From Bugula neritina (taxonomy: Eukaryota > Animalia > Bryozoa), in contig CAXIUT010000057.1 of the NCBI GenBank assembly GCA_964035545.1, positions 54,609 through 74,982 on the forward strand: a stretch of DNA of 20,374 nucleotides. The letters are read 5' to 3'. Below, piece after piece: positions 9,399 through 20,374 of the stretch (the first letter of the stretch is position 1; every line of letters begins with the position of its first letter). The notes below the pieces were generated by a model. The model searched no databases and had not been told where the DNA came from. It saw nothing but the letters and a program-made list of their open reading frames with translations. The translations under genes were made by a program, and so were the position numbers.

Positions 9399-12300
9399 TC
9401 ATAAAGATCTCTGCTCTCCAGCTACATTGCTTATCAACTCCTAAAATTCTCTATAATTACTCGATAGTACTACTCTTTCCACCTAGTTGAAGTTTCCTTC
9501 CAATCGTCTGGCCTTCGAACTCTCCAATCTTTTTGCAAGTTCAATCGAAAAAGCACGGATATCCTCTTCTTTGGACCTTCTCAACTTTTCTCTATGATTT
9601 TTCTTTTCATTCTCCAACTCTTACATCCTCTTTTTGCACCTACTCTTTTCTTTTTAGAGCTAACTTTATATTTTATTTTTTTAACTAGTTAGTTCCTTCA
9701 CTTTGAATTATCTACTATCCATCTCAATTTGTTGGTTTCTAATGATAAAGTCCTTTGTAGCATTTTCCTCTCTTATTGACTATAACTCAGATTCCCACCT
9801 TTCTCCATCTTTCCTAACTCGATTCTTTGTCACTCTGAGTTCATCTTCAAGTTGGATCACTTTAGAATCAAGACCATCTGAACGACTAATGAGTTATCTT
9901 TTGTCTCTTTCACTTTATTTAATCCATCTACTCCTCTCCATTGCAAGATCAGGCTCTCGACTTTATAATAATTTTTAAGTAGCTTTTAATTTCTTCTTAA
10001 GTTCTTCTTCTCTCCATGTTCTACTATTTTATACCTTCTTTAACTCCCTAATTGTGATCCTTAACTCATCTAAACTTCTCTAATACTGATACTCAAGCTC
10101 TTTCTTTTAGATTTTATATTTATCAAGCTCTTTTTCAAGTCTTATTACAGTCTAATTGTTCCCTTCCTCTCCCAGACTTGACTGTAGCTGATGTACGACT
10201 TGTTTAAGCCTATCAACTGTTACTTCTAATCCATCTTTATCACTGATTGTAGCTTAATATTTTTACTGTATTTATTTATAACGAAACTGTATTGCACTTA
10301 CTTCATCTGTTAATTGATGAATAGTTTGTTTTCTTTTATCTAATTCTACCTTATATTCTTCTTTGTTTTATTTTTCAACCTTTGCTGTATGTTACAGTTG
10401 TCCCATTACAAATTTCTTCAACTATAACTAAGAATTCAAAGTTATTATTTTATCTTTAAGTTACTTAGATTCTTGTACATATTTTTAGTTTAAAACCCTT
10501 AAAGAATCAAATTTGTGCTTGTTCTGACTTTATGCTGATCCGTTTTTCTCTTGTTGTTATCTATACTATCCTTTTATATGCTCAACTTCATGACTCAACT
10601 CAACTATCACATGATTCTGCTACTCATATTTAAATAAAATCTCTTCAAAACGTTCCTTCTACTATCGCAATCTACTCTCAATCTTATCAATATGTTAACT
10701 AGTATTCTTTATATCTTTCTCTCGTTCGCGTAACACTTTATCTCTCTCCTTCAACTCATTCTGTCTCTCTTCTAGTCGTAAACCCAACTCAATAATTCTA
10801 TTTTATTTAGTTTCTACTTCGTAAACCAATACGTTTTGTTCCATTTATAATTTTTTAATTTGATCAGATTTTTCAGTAATTTCTTTTTACAAACAAAATA
10901 ATTTTCTTTCATTATCAGCTTGATTAGCTCTATGATGGGCTAGCTCTTCCTAAAATAATTCAACAGTTTCTCGACTTTTACTCTCCCAATCTGCTTTTTA
11001 CCTAATTTCCTGACTTCTAAACTTAAGTAACTTTTCTTATAATTCTCTATTATCTTCTTTTAAACTTTCATACTGAGTTATCAATATTTGAATTTGAGAT
11101 TGAAACTATCCTTTTTGTTCTTAATATTTAACCAGTTAACCTTTCATTCCTTCTATCTATCTCTCTTTTACACTAACTATCTCCTATAAATGTTGTACCC
11201 TTGTCTTATGATCTTCCTATAATTTTCCCAACTAACTTATTAGTTCTCTTCCTTTACTTCTTTCTTGTTTTTGCTATTTTTCTGTTTTTTATGTCAATTA
11301 TTCTAATTGTACTTTAACTCGACTAATCTCTTCTTCTAAAAAATCTTTTTCTTGAGACAGCTGTTCTAGACTGGATTTAAATTTTCTCAATACTTCCCAA
11401 TGCCTTTGTAAGTACTAAACCTGTAAAGCTGCTATTTTTTAATCAGGATAGAGTTATTTTCTACTTTTTATTTTTTAAGAGCCTCCCAAATGCTATTCCT
11501 CTCTAAGCAAATCTAATAAAAATGATTATAATGTAGATACACAAGAAGATCTAAAAATAGAATGTTCTTCAGCCATTTTTTAATATTTCTTCATAATTTG
11601 TTTTACTTCTTCATCCTTCCTTTTGATCTACCCCTCTTTCGAATCATGAATCAATCTTAACTCTTCCAAATTTTACCTCAACTTCAATATCTGACTTTCT
11701 TGAATTTATGACTCTCTTCGATTCGAACCAATCATTTCCCTCAAGTGACTGATCTAATGGCCAGCTGTTACATTTGATTGTTTCAATGAACTTACCTCAT
11801 CCTCTTTATCCCTTAGCAATTGCTCAAAACTATGAATACTATTTAACTTGGCAGTCAGACTATCCTCTTTCTCCTTTATTTTTTTTTAAAGTTCGTTTAT
11901 TTTATCTTTATTAGTATTATCAGTAATTTTAAATCTATCTCTACACTAAAATAACTACTTTTATGTTCTTTATAATTTTTTTTTGAAATCTTCTGCTTAT
12001 CTTTCTTTTTACTTCAGCTGACTAATCAATTCTCTTTTCTTTTTTTCCATTTCTTGATGGTTAAGATTCATATGTTCGAAAGAAGCTGTCAACTGTTTAT
12101 GTGATTCATCTAATTTTTTTATTGTCTATGCCCTACAAATAAGTTCTTCATTTATTTTAAACATCTATTAATTCTGAAGTCTCAATTGATGCTACAAATC
12201 TCTTATAAAAGATGTCTGTTTCTACAATTCCCATCTTATTTCCTAATTATCAGCTACTAATGAGTCCTTTTCTCTCATAGTTGAATGATATTTAGTTGAA

Positions 12301-14248
12301 AATTCTCTCTGACCATCCTAAAAGTATCTCTTCTCAGTCTATATCTTTGATTTCAGTTCAATTATCTTTGCATTCAGGCTATTCTTCATAGCATCTAATG
12401 ATTATATTTCCTTTATCTTCTGCTCTTAACTTACTCTTAACTAATCATTATTCTTTTTCAGCTGATTCATCTTAATAGTCAAGTGGTTCTTTTAATTACC
12501 TTTCTTCTGATTTTCTTCCTAGACCTATTTAAGCCTTCTTTCACAAGACTAAAACATCTTCTCAGTCTTTTGATTTTTTTATCGGAGCAAGTTAATAGTC
12601 AAAGTTGATTAATTTAACTTTTTTCTCAAACCATGTTTCTCGTTTTAACTTTATCTCAACACATGAATTTCTTACTCTAATTGATGAACTTTCTCTGTTT
12701 AAACCTTTAGCTTTCCATTTAGATTTTATATTGCATAGCTTGAATCTCCTAAACGAGACTCACTTACAGCAAAAGCATCATAAACCTGCTTCTTCTATCT
12801 ATTGAGTTCTTCTATCTGAAGAGATAGCTCTTTATTCTAATTTTAAATTTATTCAAAAGCAATGATTTGCTGATCTAATTTTTTATTAATTTTTGATTTT
12901 TAATCTAAAAAGCTTTTTTCTTTTTCTCTCAATATATTCTGATACTTCTTTTCTCCTTCTTCAAAATTCTTCAAAGCCCTGTTATATTCTTCAGCTAACC
13001 TTTCTCTCTCATTCTCTGAATGTCTATACTTATCTTCTAATTTCTTAATTTGTTCTCTATTACCTATTTATCTTAACTATCCTTGAGTTTTAATAATTTT
13101 TAACTGATTATCATTATCTTCTTTTTGTTAATTTAATTATTTTAACTGTTTTTACATTTTTTTAATTTTTTATTATCTATTTTTTACAATTTCTTCTAAT
13201 TATTTTTTCTTTGTTTACAATTGATTAATACGATTTCTTTTTCTTTCTCCTTCCTCTTTTGTTTATCTTAAAGTTTGATTATTTCCTTTATCATGTAGTT
13301 CTAACAATTTAACCTTATTCTTCAATTTTTAAATTTCTTCTACCTTTTCTTCAGTATCTGCCTCAGTCCTTATTCTTTGAGGAGAATCTCTATACATTTA
13401 AAATGTTCGGTGAGAAAGATTTTGAATCAATCCTGTCTGGCCCATCGTCTTCAAACGATCATATTTTTATTAGTTACGGATCGTATTTTGAAGAGATAAT
13501 TTATTCTCATGTAAAGACAGCTTGTTTTAATGAAAAGATAGTTTGTTCTATTGCATGGATCCTTTGTTTTGCTGAAGAGACAACTTGTTTATCTCTCTCA
13601 TTTCAGGCTTAATATTAGAACTTCTGTCAAAAGCAATAACATCTTCAACAAAAGATTAATTGAGTTTGTTGATATCTGGAGAAGGAGAACGACGACGTCC
13701 TTTAAAATGTTTTTAGTCTACATCAGGAGTTTTAATGGTCTGAGGAGTGTATGCTGAGTTATAGACAATGTTCTGTTTGTTTTCATATGATTCAGAGTAG
13801 TATGTATTTTTCATTTTTTCACCTCTTACAACTTAAAACACAAAAGAAAAATATATTTTGGCTTGTTTATCTGGACACTTTTCTAAAAATTGCATACTAT
13901 CATTGATGCTTCCAGGATCTTTCCCAAAAAGAGAAAAAACTATTCCTCCAGCTGCCACTTTTCCACTCATTGATACCATAAACACGTTAAGACTGATCTT
14001 CTTGTCTTAAAACTTTCTCTTTTGAGAATTATAAGGAACATCACACTATGAAATAAGGGTTTAAGAAAATATGCATTCTCCTTATTTTAACTCACATGGT
14101 TTTTTGATATCACAACTAGAATCTTAATGACAAAAGAGTTACCATGTTTGAGAGTGACAGTGAGAGAGCAAGGAAACTTGATATTCATGACTATCTTTTT
14201 GATATTAACTTTAAGACGAATTCTCTGATGCTCTATACCTGTTTTCAT
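9399..14248 (-). CDS. Large coiled-coil protein (~1600 aa) with N-terminal NT-C2-like domain
   Basis: ATG 14248, 20-nt intron at 14123-14142. Beta-rich N-terminus (IRLKVNIKKI..LTVTLK..GECIFSETL..LEKCPDKQAKIYFSF) followed by E/K-rich heptads. The same frame held at every point spot-checked down to TGA 9399-9401; not every codon was verified. Confidence 0.75.
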
Positions 14249-14359
14249 TTAGATATCTTACTATAACCAACACCTATTATAACATAAGTGAAGCGATTAA
14301 TCTATCTTATTCAATACAATAAATTAATTAGCTAATTGCTTAATTAAGTTGTTATTAGG

Positions 14360-14740
14360 ATGAAATGGGAAGGAATCGCCTAAAATAGTAAATAAAAAAT
14401 AGATTCGCTGATGAATGCCTTCTCAGAGTTCATATAAAAAAATCATAAAACTGATCAACCAGCAGATCAACGCATCACTAAAGAATGGACAGCTTTCAAA
14501 AAAATAATATAACAAGATCCAAGCAACACAGATAGTCACAGCAAACACGTCAATGAACTTAGAAATACTCTTCTGAAAGAGTAAGTATCAAAACAAATCA
14601 AACGAGGAGATAAAAATCAACCCGAAGAATAATAACGAAATAAATACGTTATCGACAAACAAAAACTAATAGCCATCAGCAAATAACTTAAAAGAAATGT
14701 ACTCAGAAACACCAGAGATCCACTCGACCTACAAGACTGA
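14360..14740 (+). CDS. Hypothetical protein, 126 aa
   Basis: ATG to TGA open with TAR=Glu (MKWEGIAENSKEKIDSLM...RDPLDLQD), flanked by AT-rich spacers. Confidence 0.6.
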
Positions 14741-14901
14741 TTATCGTCAATCATTACTGCCATTCTCTTATCAAAAACATACTTATTTATGTCATTAACC
14801 CATTCAATAAACCAGAATTATTCACAAAAGTCCTTATTATCTTCTTAAACCAATATATTTATTGCTTATTAAACCTTCTAAATCTCATAACTACACCAAT
14901 A

Positions 14902-15201
14902 TCACGATTAAAATTTGGGTATTCCGACAGAAGGGACCCGTTACCCATAGTTCTACTCATAGATTCTATGCAGCTTCTCCATTAAAGAAGGCTGCTAAAC
15001 AGCCTCTTTCCCTTGGTTCTCCCGACCAATTTACAAATCTTGGAGACGAAGCATGTCACTTGTAAATCTCACAGCCTAGAGATACTTGATAGAACAACGA
15101 TGAAAACAACTCCTTTGAGGAAGAGTCAACTCCTCAGCCCTACGGATATCATCTCTTTGAACACACTTGCGGATACACACTTACACTATTTCTTAGTCCA
15201 T
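14902..15201 (-). CDS. Twin CX3C protein, small Tim (Tim8/9/10/13)-like, 99 aa
   Basis: MDEEIVEVCIRKCVQ...LTLPQRSCFHRCSIKYLE carries the twin CX3C pattern of the zf-Tim10_DDP family. Confidence 0.7.
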
Positions 15202-15222
15202 AACCTTAATTAATATAATTAA

Positions 15223-15572
15223 TCATTCCTATAATCTTCCCTGCCCAGTTAACTCTTCCACCTTTCGGCATTCCTTCTTGATATTGTTTAACAACAACTT
15301 AGTAGCTTCTTTTAACTTCCTAAAACTCTCCTCGGATTCCGCAGTTAAAGACAACATTCCCTGAAGAACAAGTTTCTTTTCTGCCAATCTTTTCTTCATA
15401 ATCTATCTAGTAGCTAATATACCTCTTCTCTCTGCTAAATAATAGCAATATCTTCGTCAATAGAAACTTTCTCCTTGTCCAGCATTTCAAGTTTATCTTA
15501 GACATGTCTAAGACGACCCTTCGAACTGTTAAGAATTTAGTTTATTTGTTTTTACTCTTCAGCTATCGACAT
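15223..15572 (-). CDS. SSNA1/DIP13/NA14-like short coiled-coil protein, 109 aa
   Basis: EKVSIDEDIAII...AESEESFRKLKEATKLLLNNIKKE resembles the SSNA1 pattern (EK..L..E....AETE..Y.KI.E....LL..LK.E). 20-nt intron at 15403-15422. Confidence 0.6.
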
Positions 15573-15618
15573 TATTTAAATTGAGTTAGTTATTAGAGTC
15601 AGAATCAATAGTAATAAT

Positions 15619-16292
15619 ATGGAGATCCAGGTATAAAAGTACGAACTTATACAATAAAAACTAGCAAAACTCAAATGCAGTCAAGGTTGTCAAAGTCAAG
15701 CCAACTATATCGTCTACTAAATGGGTATCTACTTATATATTCAGGACTCTTATGTACTCTCTGTCTCTCAAAATTAGGAGAAGTTCCTCAAGATCATCTT
15801 GCCTCTCTCGAAGGACTGAGCAAGGCCATTGCTGAACTAGGATAGACTTATGAAAAGAATAGCAAAGGTAGTAACTTACTTCCTTTGAAAGCATAGATAT
15901 AGCAACAAAACAAGATGATAAAAACTTTAAGAGACAGTTTAACACTTGATGTAAAAGCAATAAATTCAAAAACAAATCAACAACTGATAAATATTCACAC
16001 TCATTGTCGGCAGCAATCGCGTAATTAACCTCTTTAGAACTTTTTTTAACCAGACATCACAGCTTCTACTTTACTAAATGAATCATAATTATTTTTAGCC
16101 AACTTAAATAACCTAAAAGTGGTTGAGAAAGATAATTCAGTCAAATATGTTTTCAGATAGTCTGAAAAAGATCCATAAGAATCAAAAAGTATGGGAGTAA
16201 AGCAATTGTAAAGCATATAGAAGGTAATAGGTAAATCACATGCAAGAGTTAAAGATGTTATGGGTCGATTTAGATAAGCTATCAGACTATGA
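15619..16292 (+). CDS. Hypothetical protein with N-terminal Cys cluster (B-box-like) and coiled coil, ~217 aa
   Basis: CSQGC...LLCTLC...DH after removing the 20-nt intron at 15725-15744; open to TGA 16290-16292. Confidence 0.65.
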
Positions 16293-16384
16293 TTGATTAT
16301 TCCTCTCAATGCTATTTTTAGATATTAAATTAAATACAATGAATCGGTATTTTGATATTTGTATTTGATTATTTCATTAAGCAG

Positions 16385-16768
16385 ATGGATAACTGCTGCC
16401 AATGTATCAACAGCCCAGAAGTCGAAGAAGCATATCAACTATAAAAAACAAAACAAATCTACGCTAGCAGACCCTCCAACAACTTCAATATACAACACTC
16501 AACTGTCCTCGCCCAAGGAATCTCAAAGCATAAGCCCACTAGCTCCAACTTGCAACCAAACAATCAATAACAACAACAAAACTACCAAACTCAAATGCTA
16601 AAACAACGCAACCGACAGATTCATAGCTATATATCAAGCAAAAGAATAAAACTAATACAACAGTCATAGTAACTAGAAAAAAGATCAGACCAGCTCAAAA
16701 GAGCCTACCTCGAAAAATAAGATCGTCTCAAAGGAATAGTAACACAAATATACTATCATTTCCCCTGA
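16385..16768 (+). CDS. Hypothetical Q/N-rich protein, ~127 aa (frame and start ambiguous)
   Basis: ATG 16385 to TGA 16766-16768. Other plus frames are also open here, so the model is uncertain. Confidence 0.4.
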
Positions 16769-16808
16769 TCTCATATCTTCAATTATATATTTAGATCTAT
16801 AATAATCA

Positions 16809-17325
16809 ATGGCGACCAATTAAGAACTGGCACAAAGAAGAAGATAAAAAATATTAGCCAGGTCCACAGAATAGTAAAAATAAACATCAGAATAGTCACT
16901 TTCAACTGAACCATCAGTCTTCCTCAGATACAAATCCCTCAAAGACAAATAAAAAATGCAAGTACCTCCATCTTATCAAGAATAGTCTTGCAGAGTAAAG
17001 CAAAGCTGTTGGAATCCTCATTGTACTTTTATCCTACTTTGTACCAGTCTAGACTGTCTTCTCTGCTGTTACAGGCATTATGCTGATTCGAGCACTCAGA
17101 ATATCAGGAACAACCAGACAAACTTAAAACGGACAAGACTTCCAATGGCTAGGAAAAATAGGAACCTTAATAGGAAAATTCCAACATGTTGAACGTATCC
17201 TCTTTGTCTCAAAAATAACTATCTACGTGTTCTTTTCCTATCTGCTAGCTACTGTCCTCACAAACTCCCTCATTACCAGCTACTACAACCTTGCCCAACC
17301 GCAATCGACAAATATTGAACTTTGA
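16809..17325 (+). CDS. Membrane protein, Get2/CAML-like, ~165 aa
   Basis: N-terminal MATNEELAQRRREKILAR, then three hydrophobic segments (AVGILIVLLSYFV, TVFSAVTGIMLI, ITIYVFFSYLLATVL). 19-nt intron at 16962-16980. Confidence 0.55.
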
Positions 17326-17359
17326 TCACTATGAAAACATATCAAATTAAGCATATCGA

Positions 17360-19922
17360 TCATGAACCACAAGCCAAACATTCCTCGTCATCTGCAGCTC
17401 CCTTCCGACGAAGAGGACAAACCTTCTCCTTGCTTTACTAAGAATTCTTTTTAAACTTTTTGTTCGTCTATTGAGGCTATTCATCTTCCAAGTAGTTCAC
17501 TCTTCTCTCCTTCATAGGATTGCCCCTTTCCTCTACCTCCATCTCTTCTTATTCACTCTCAATTATTTCTCCTGCATTTTTTAGTAAAGTTTATACATCA
17601 ACTGTAAATTTGATAGGATCAGAAGCAGGCCTACTTCTCAAATAGTACATCCCAGTTTTAAGTCCTTTCTCCCAGGCATAAAAATGCACTGAACACATTT
17701 TAGAATAAGATGGTTCAGCTAAATGGATATTAAGAGATTGTGACTGATCGATAAAAGGACTTCTTCCGAGAGCCAAGTTTATAATTTATTTTTGACTTAT
17801 TTCCCAAACAGTTTTAAAGATCTCCCTTCCTTCTTAAGGAATCTAAGTTATTTTTTGAACAGATCCGTTCTAAGCAATCAGTCTATTCCTCAACTCAGGA
17901 GTCCATAAATTCTAAATCAACTAAAATATACCTTCTTTATTAAATACTAGACCAAATTCTTGTTTATGCAAACAAATTCACCTGCCAACACCCGCCTAGT
18001 ATACACATTGGCAGTAAATGGCTCGAAAGTCTAGTTATTACCCAATATTTGACTTGTACTAGCAGTTGGCATAGGAGCCACTAATAAACTATTCCGAATA
18101 CCCACCTAGGCCATTCGAACTTTCACCTTATCCCAATCAAATCCACAAGCACTTGGCTTATAGTTCCATAAATCGAATTGCAAAAGACCTTTCGAAGTGG
18201 GGGAACCCGCATAAGATGGAAATGGACCTTCCTTAGCAGCTATTTCAACCGATTCAGTTACAGCTCCATAGTAAATAGCCTAAAATATCTTCTCATTTAG
18301 TGAAGCAGCTTCTTTGCTTTCAAAGGAAAATCCAAGAATCTGAAAAACATCAGCCAGACCTTGCACTCCTATTCCAATGGGACGATGCCTTAAGTTCGAT
18401 TTTTTTGCTTCAGGCACAGGATAATAATTCAAGTCAATTATCTTATTAAGATTTCTTGTGCAAACTCGAGCTATTTTAATGAGTCCATCAAGATCAAAGG
18501 AAAGAGTAGCTCTATCTACCAAAGCAGGAAGGGAAATGGAAGCCAAGTTGCAAACAGCTACCTCATCAGCAGATGTAAATTCAACTATTTCAGTGCAAAG
18601 GTTGCTTGATTTGATCGTTCCTAAGTGTTTTTGATTAGATTTCCTGTTGCAGGCATCCTTAAACAACATATAAGGTGTTCCTGTTTCGATTTGAGAATCA
18701 ACTATAGCCTGCCAGACTTCTCTAGCTTTGAGAGTTTTTCTTCCTTTTCCTCCTTCCTCATAACTTATATATAACTTCTAAAACTCCTCTCCCCAGACAT
18801 CAGGCAATCCTGGACATTAATTAGGACAGAATAAAGTCCAAGTACTATCTTGTGTAACTCTTCTCATGAAAAGATCAGGTATCCATAATCCATAGAACAA
18901 ATCTCTTGCTCTATTTTCTTCCTTACCTGTATTCTTTTTCAAATCCAAAAAATCAAAGATATCTGCATGCCAAGGTTCAAGGTAGATGGCAAAAGAACCT
19001 TTTCTTTTTCCTCCTCCCTGGTCGACATACCGAGCAGTATCATTGTAGACTTTTAGCATTGGAACAATGCCGTTAGAGACTCCATTAGTTCCTCGAATAT
19101 ATGAATCTCTAGCTCTAATATTGGATATGGAGAGGCCAATACCTCCTGCTGATTTCGATATTTTCGCACATTGTGATAGAGTATTGTATATCCCAGTGAT
19201 TGAATCTTCTTGAAGAGCGAGTAAAAAGCAACTACTCATTTGAGAATTAGGTAGTCCAGCATTGTAAAGAGTAGGAGTTGCATGAGTAAAGCACTTATGA
19301 CTCATCAATTAGTAAGTTTCAATTGCAGCTGCTATGTCCTTTCGGTGAATGCTAACAGCTACTCGCATTAACATATGCTGAGGCCTTTCTACTATCTTTC
19401 CGTCAACCTTCAACAAATAGCTTCTTTCTAGAGTTTTGAACCCGAAAAAGTCATAAGTGAAATCCCTTTGAAAATCGATTGCCTTATCTAATTCTTCATA
19501 ATTCTATTGTATGAGTTAGTAAATATTTTGGTCAAGAAGAGGAGCAGGTCTATCGCATCTATCTTTACAGAAGAATAATTGATCAGCCACATCTTTGATT
19601 GAACTTTTTGTCATCTTTCTGAGGTTATCAATAGCTATCCTTGCCGCCAATATGCTGTAGTGAGGATGAACGATATTCTTTATAGAAATAGAGGTACCAT
19701 ATATGCACAAGTTTAGGCTGAAAGGTTGTCAAGCTCAGTGGTTGTAATTTTATCGTGAACTCCAACTTCTACCTTTTGAACCACTAGATCTAGGTTGACA
19801 AAGTCTAAATTGAGTCCGAAGCAGAGTCCTTCTATTCTTTTCCGAACAATGGAGATGTCTAGAGGCTAGAGAGAGCCATTTCTGGTGACAACTCTGAGTT
19901 CCCGCTTGCTTGTTTAACTCAT
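17360..19922 (-). CDS. RNR1: Ribonucleoside-diphosphate reductase large subunit (class Ia), ~840 aa
   Basis: ATP-cone N-terminus, [60 protein letters not shown][E], [10 protein letters not shown] and C-terminal CLACGS-TGA. 20-nt introns at 19678-19697 and 17912-17931. Confidence 0.98.
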
Positions 19923-20129
19923 AATTATAGGACCGAGATAATTACAAACTTTTAAATAGATTACCCGCCAATAAATGAATCGAATGCTTAAGGAAAATAA
20001 AAATAATAGTTTTCTGATGAAAAGCTGTCTGAGTTAATTGATTTTCAACGAATGATAAAAGATAGAACAGTCAATAAATCATAAAATTATCATTTATCAA
20101 CAATTTAAATCAATAAAAGATGATAATGT

Positions 20130-20210
20130 GTTGGGGTTGGGGTTGGGGTTGGGGTTGGGGTTGGGGTTGGGGTTGGGGTTGGGGTTGGGGTTGGGGTTGG
20201 GGGGGTTGGG
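20130..20210. repeat. Internal (first right-hand) telomere tract (TTGGGG)n
   Basis: About 13 repeats with one G7 variant, followed by non-telomeric DNA. Confidence 0.93.
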
Positions 20211-20268
20211 CCTATATTGATACTGTCAACTAAGATTCATTGATACTCATATTTACTATTAAAATAAA

Positions 20269-20374
20269 GGGGTTGGGGTTGGGGTTGGGGTTGGGGTTGG
20301 GGTTGGGGTTGGGGTTGGGGTTGGGGTTGGGGTTGGGGTTGGGGGTTGGGGTTGGGGTTGGGGTTGGGGTTGGG
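20269..20374. repeat. Terminal right telomere (GGGGTT)n
   Basis: G4T2 array running to the end of the window. Confidence 0.96.

Noticed and set aside
1649-13757. Plus-strand track ORFs at 1649, 2267, 8445, 9703, 12605, 13403 and 13551
   Set aside because: They are antisense to well-supported minus-strand genes and have no motifs.
14262-14280. Tetrahymena-like chromosome breakage sequence (taaccaacacct)
   Set aside because: It only partly matches TAAACCAACCTC, and a functional Cbs would not be retained inside a MAC chromosome.
1103-19922. Mass pseudogenisation suggested by many TAA/TAG codons
   Set aside because: These codons sit at conserved Glu positions in otherwise intact genes, including essential RNR1, so they reflect codon reassignment.
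1103-19922. Standard ciliate code (UAR=Gln) or split code (UAA=Lys, UAG=Glu)
   Set aside because: Both TAA and TAG independently map to conserved Glu, including the TTL ExN glutamate encoded by TAA.
17360-19922. Viral origin of RNR, or an operon-like link between RNR1 and the RelA-like gene
   Set aside because: RNR1 has host-type introns and the host code. It lies 9 kb from the RelA-like gene with unrelated genes in between.

Overview
This window looks like a complete ~20 kb ciliate macronuclear minichromosome, with (CCCCAA)n at the left end and (TTGGGG)n at the right. The supplied ORF track is fragmented because TAA and TAG are sense codons here. They repeatedly fall on conserved glutamates in RNR1, a TTL-family ligase, a class V aminotransferase and LRRs, which matches the UAR=Glu code known from peritrichs (NCBI table 30), with TGA as the only stop. 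Read in that code and with tiny GTA..AG introns (nearly all exactly 20 nt), about 12 tightly packed genes appear: TTLL, a large RelA/SpoT-like nucleotidyltransferase + Zn-finger + LRR protein, a PLP aminotransferase class V, an NT-C2 coiled-coil protein, a small-Tim-like protein, an SSNA1/DIP13-like protein, a Get2/CAML-like protein, RNR1 and several hypotheticals. The most interesting element is the alarmone-synthetase-like/LRR fusion. The right end carries a doubled telomere around 58 bp of unique DNA. All translations and family calls were made by eye, without database searches.
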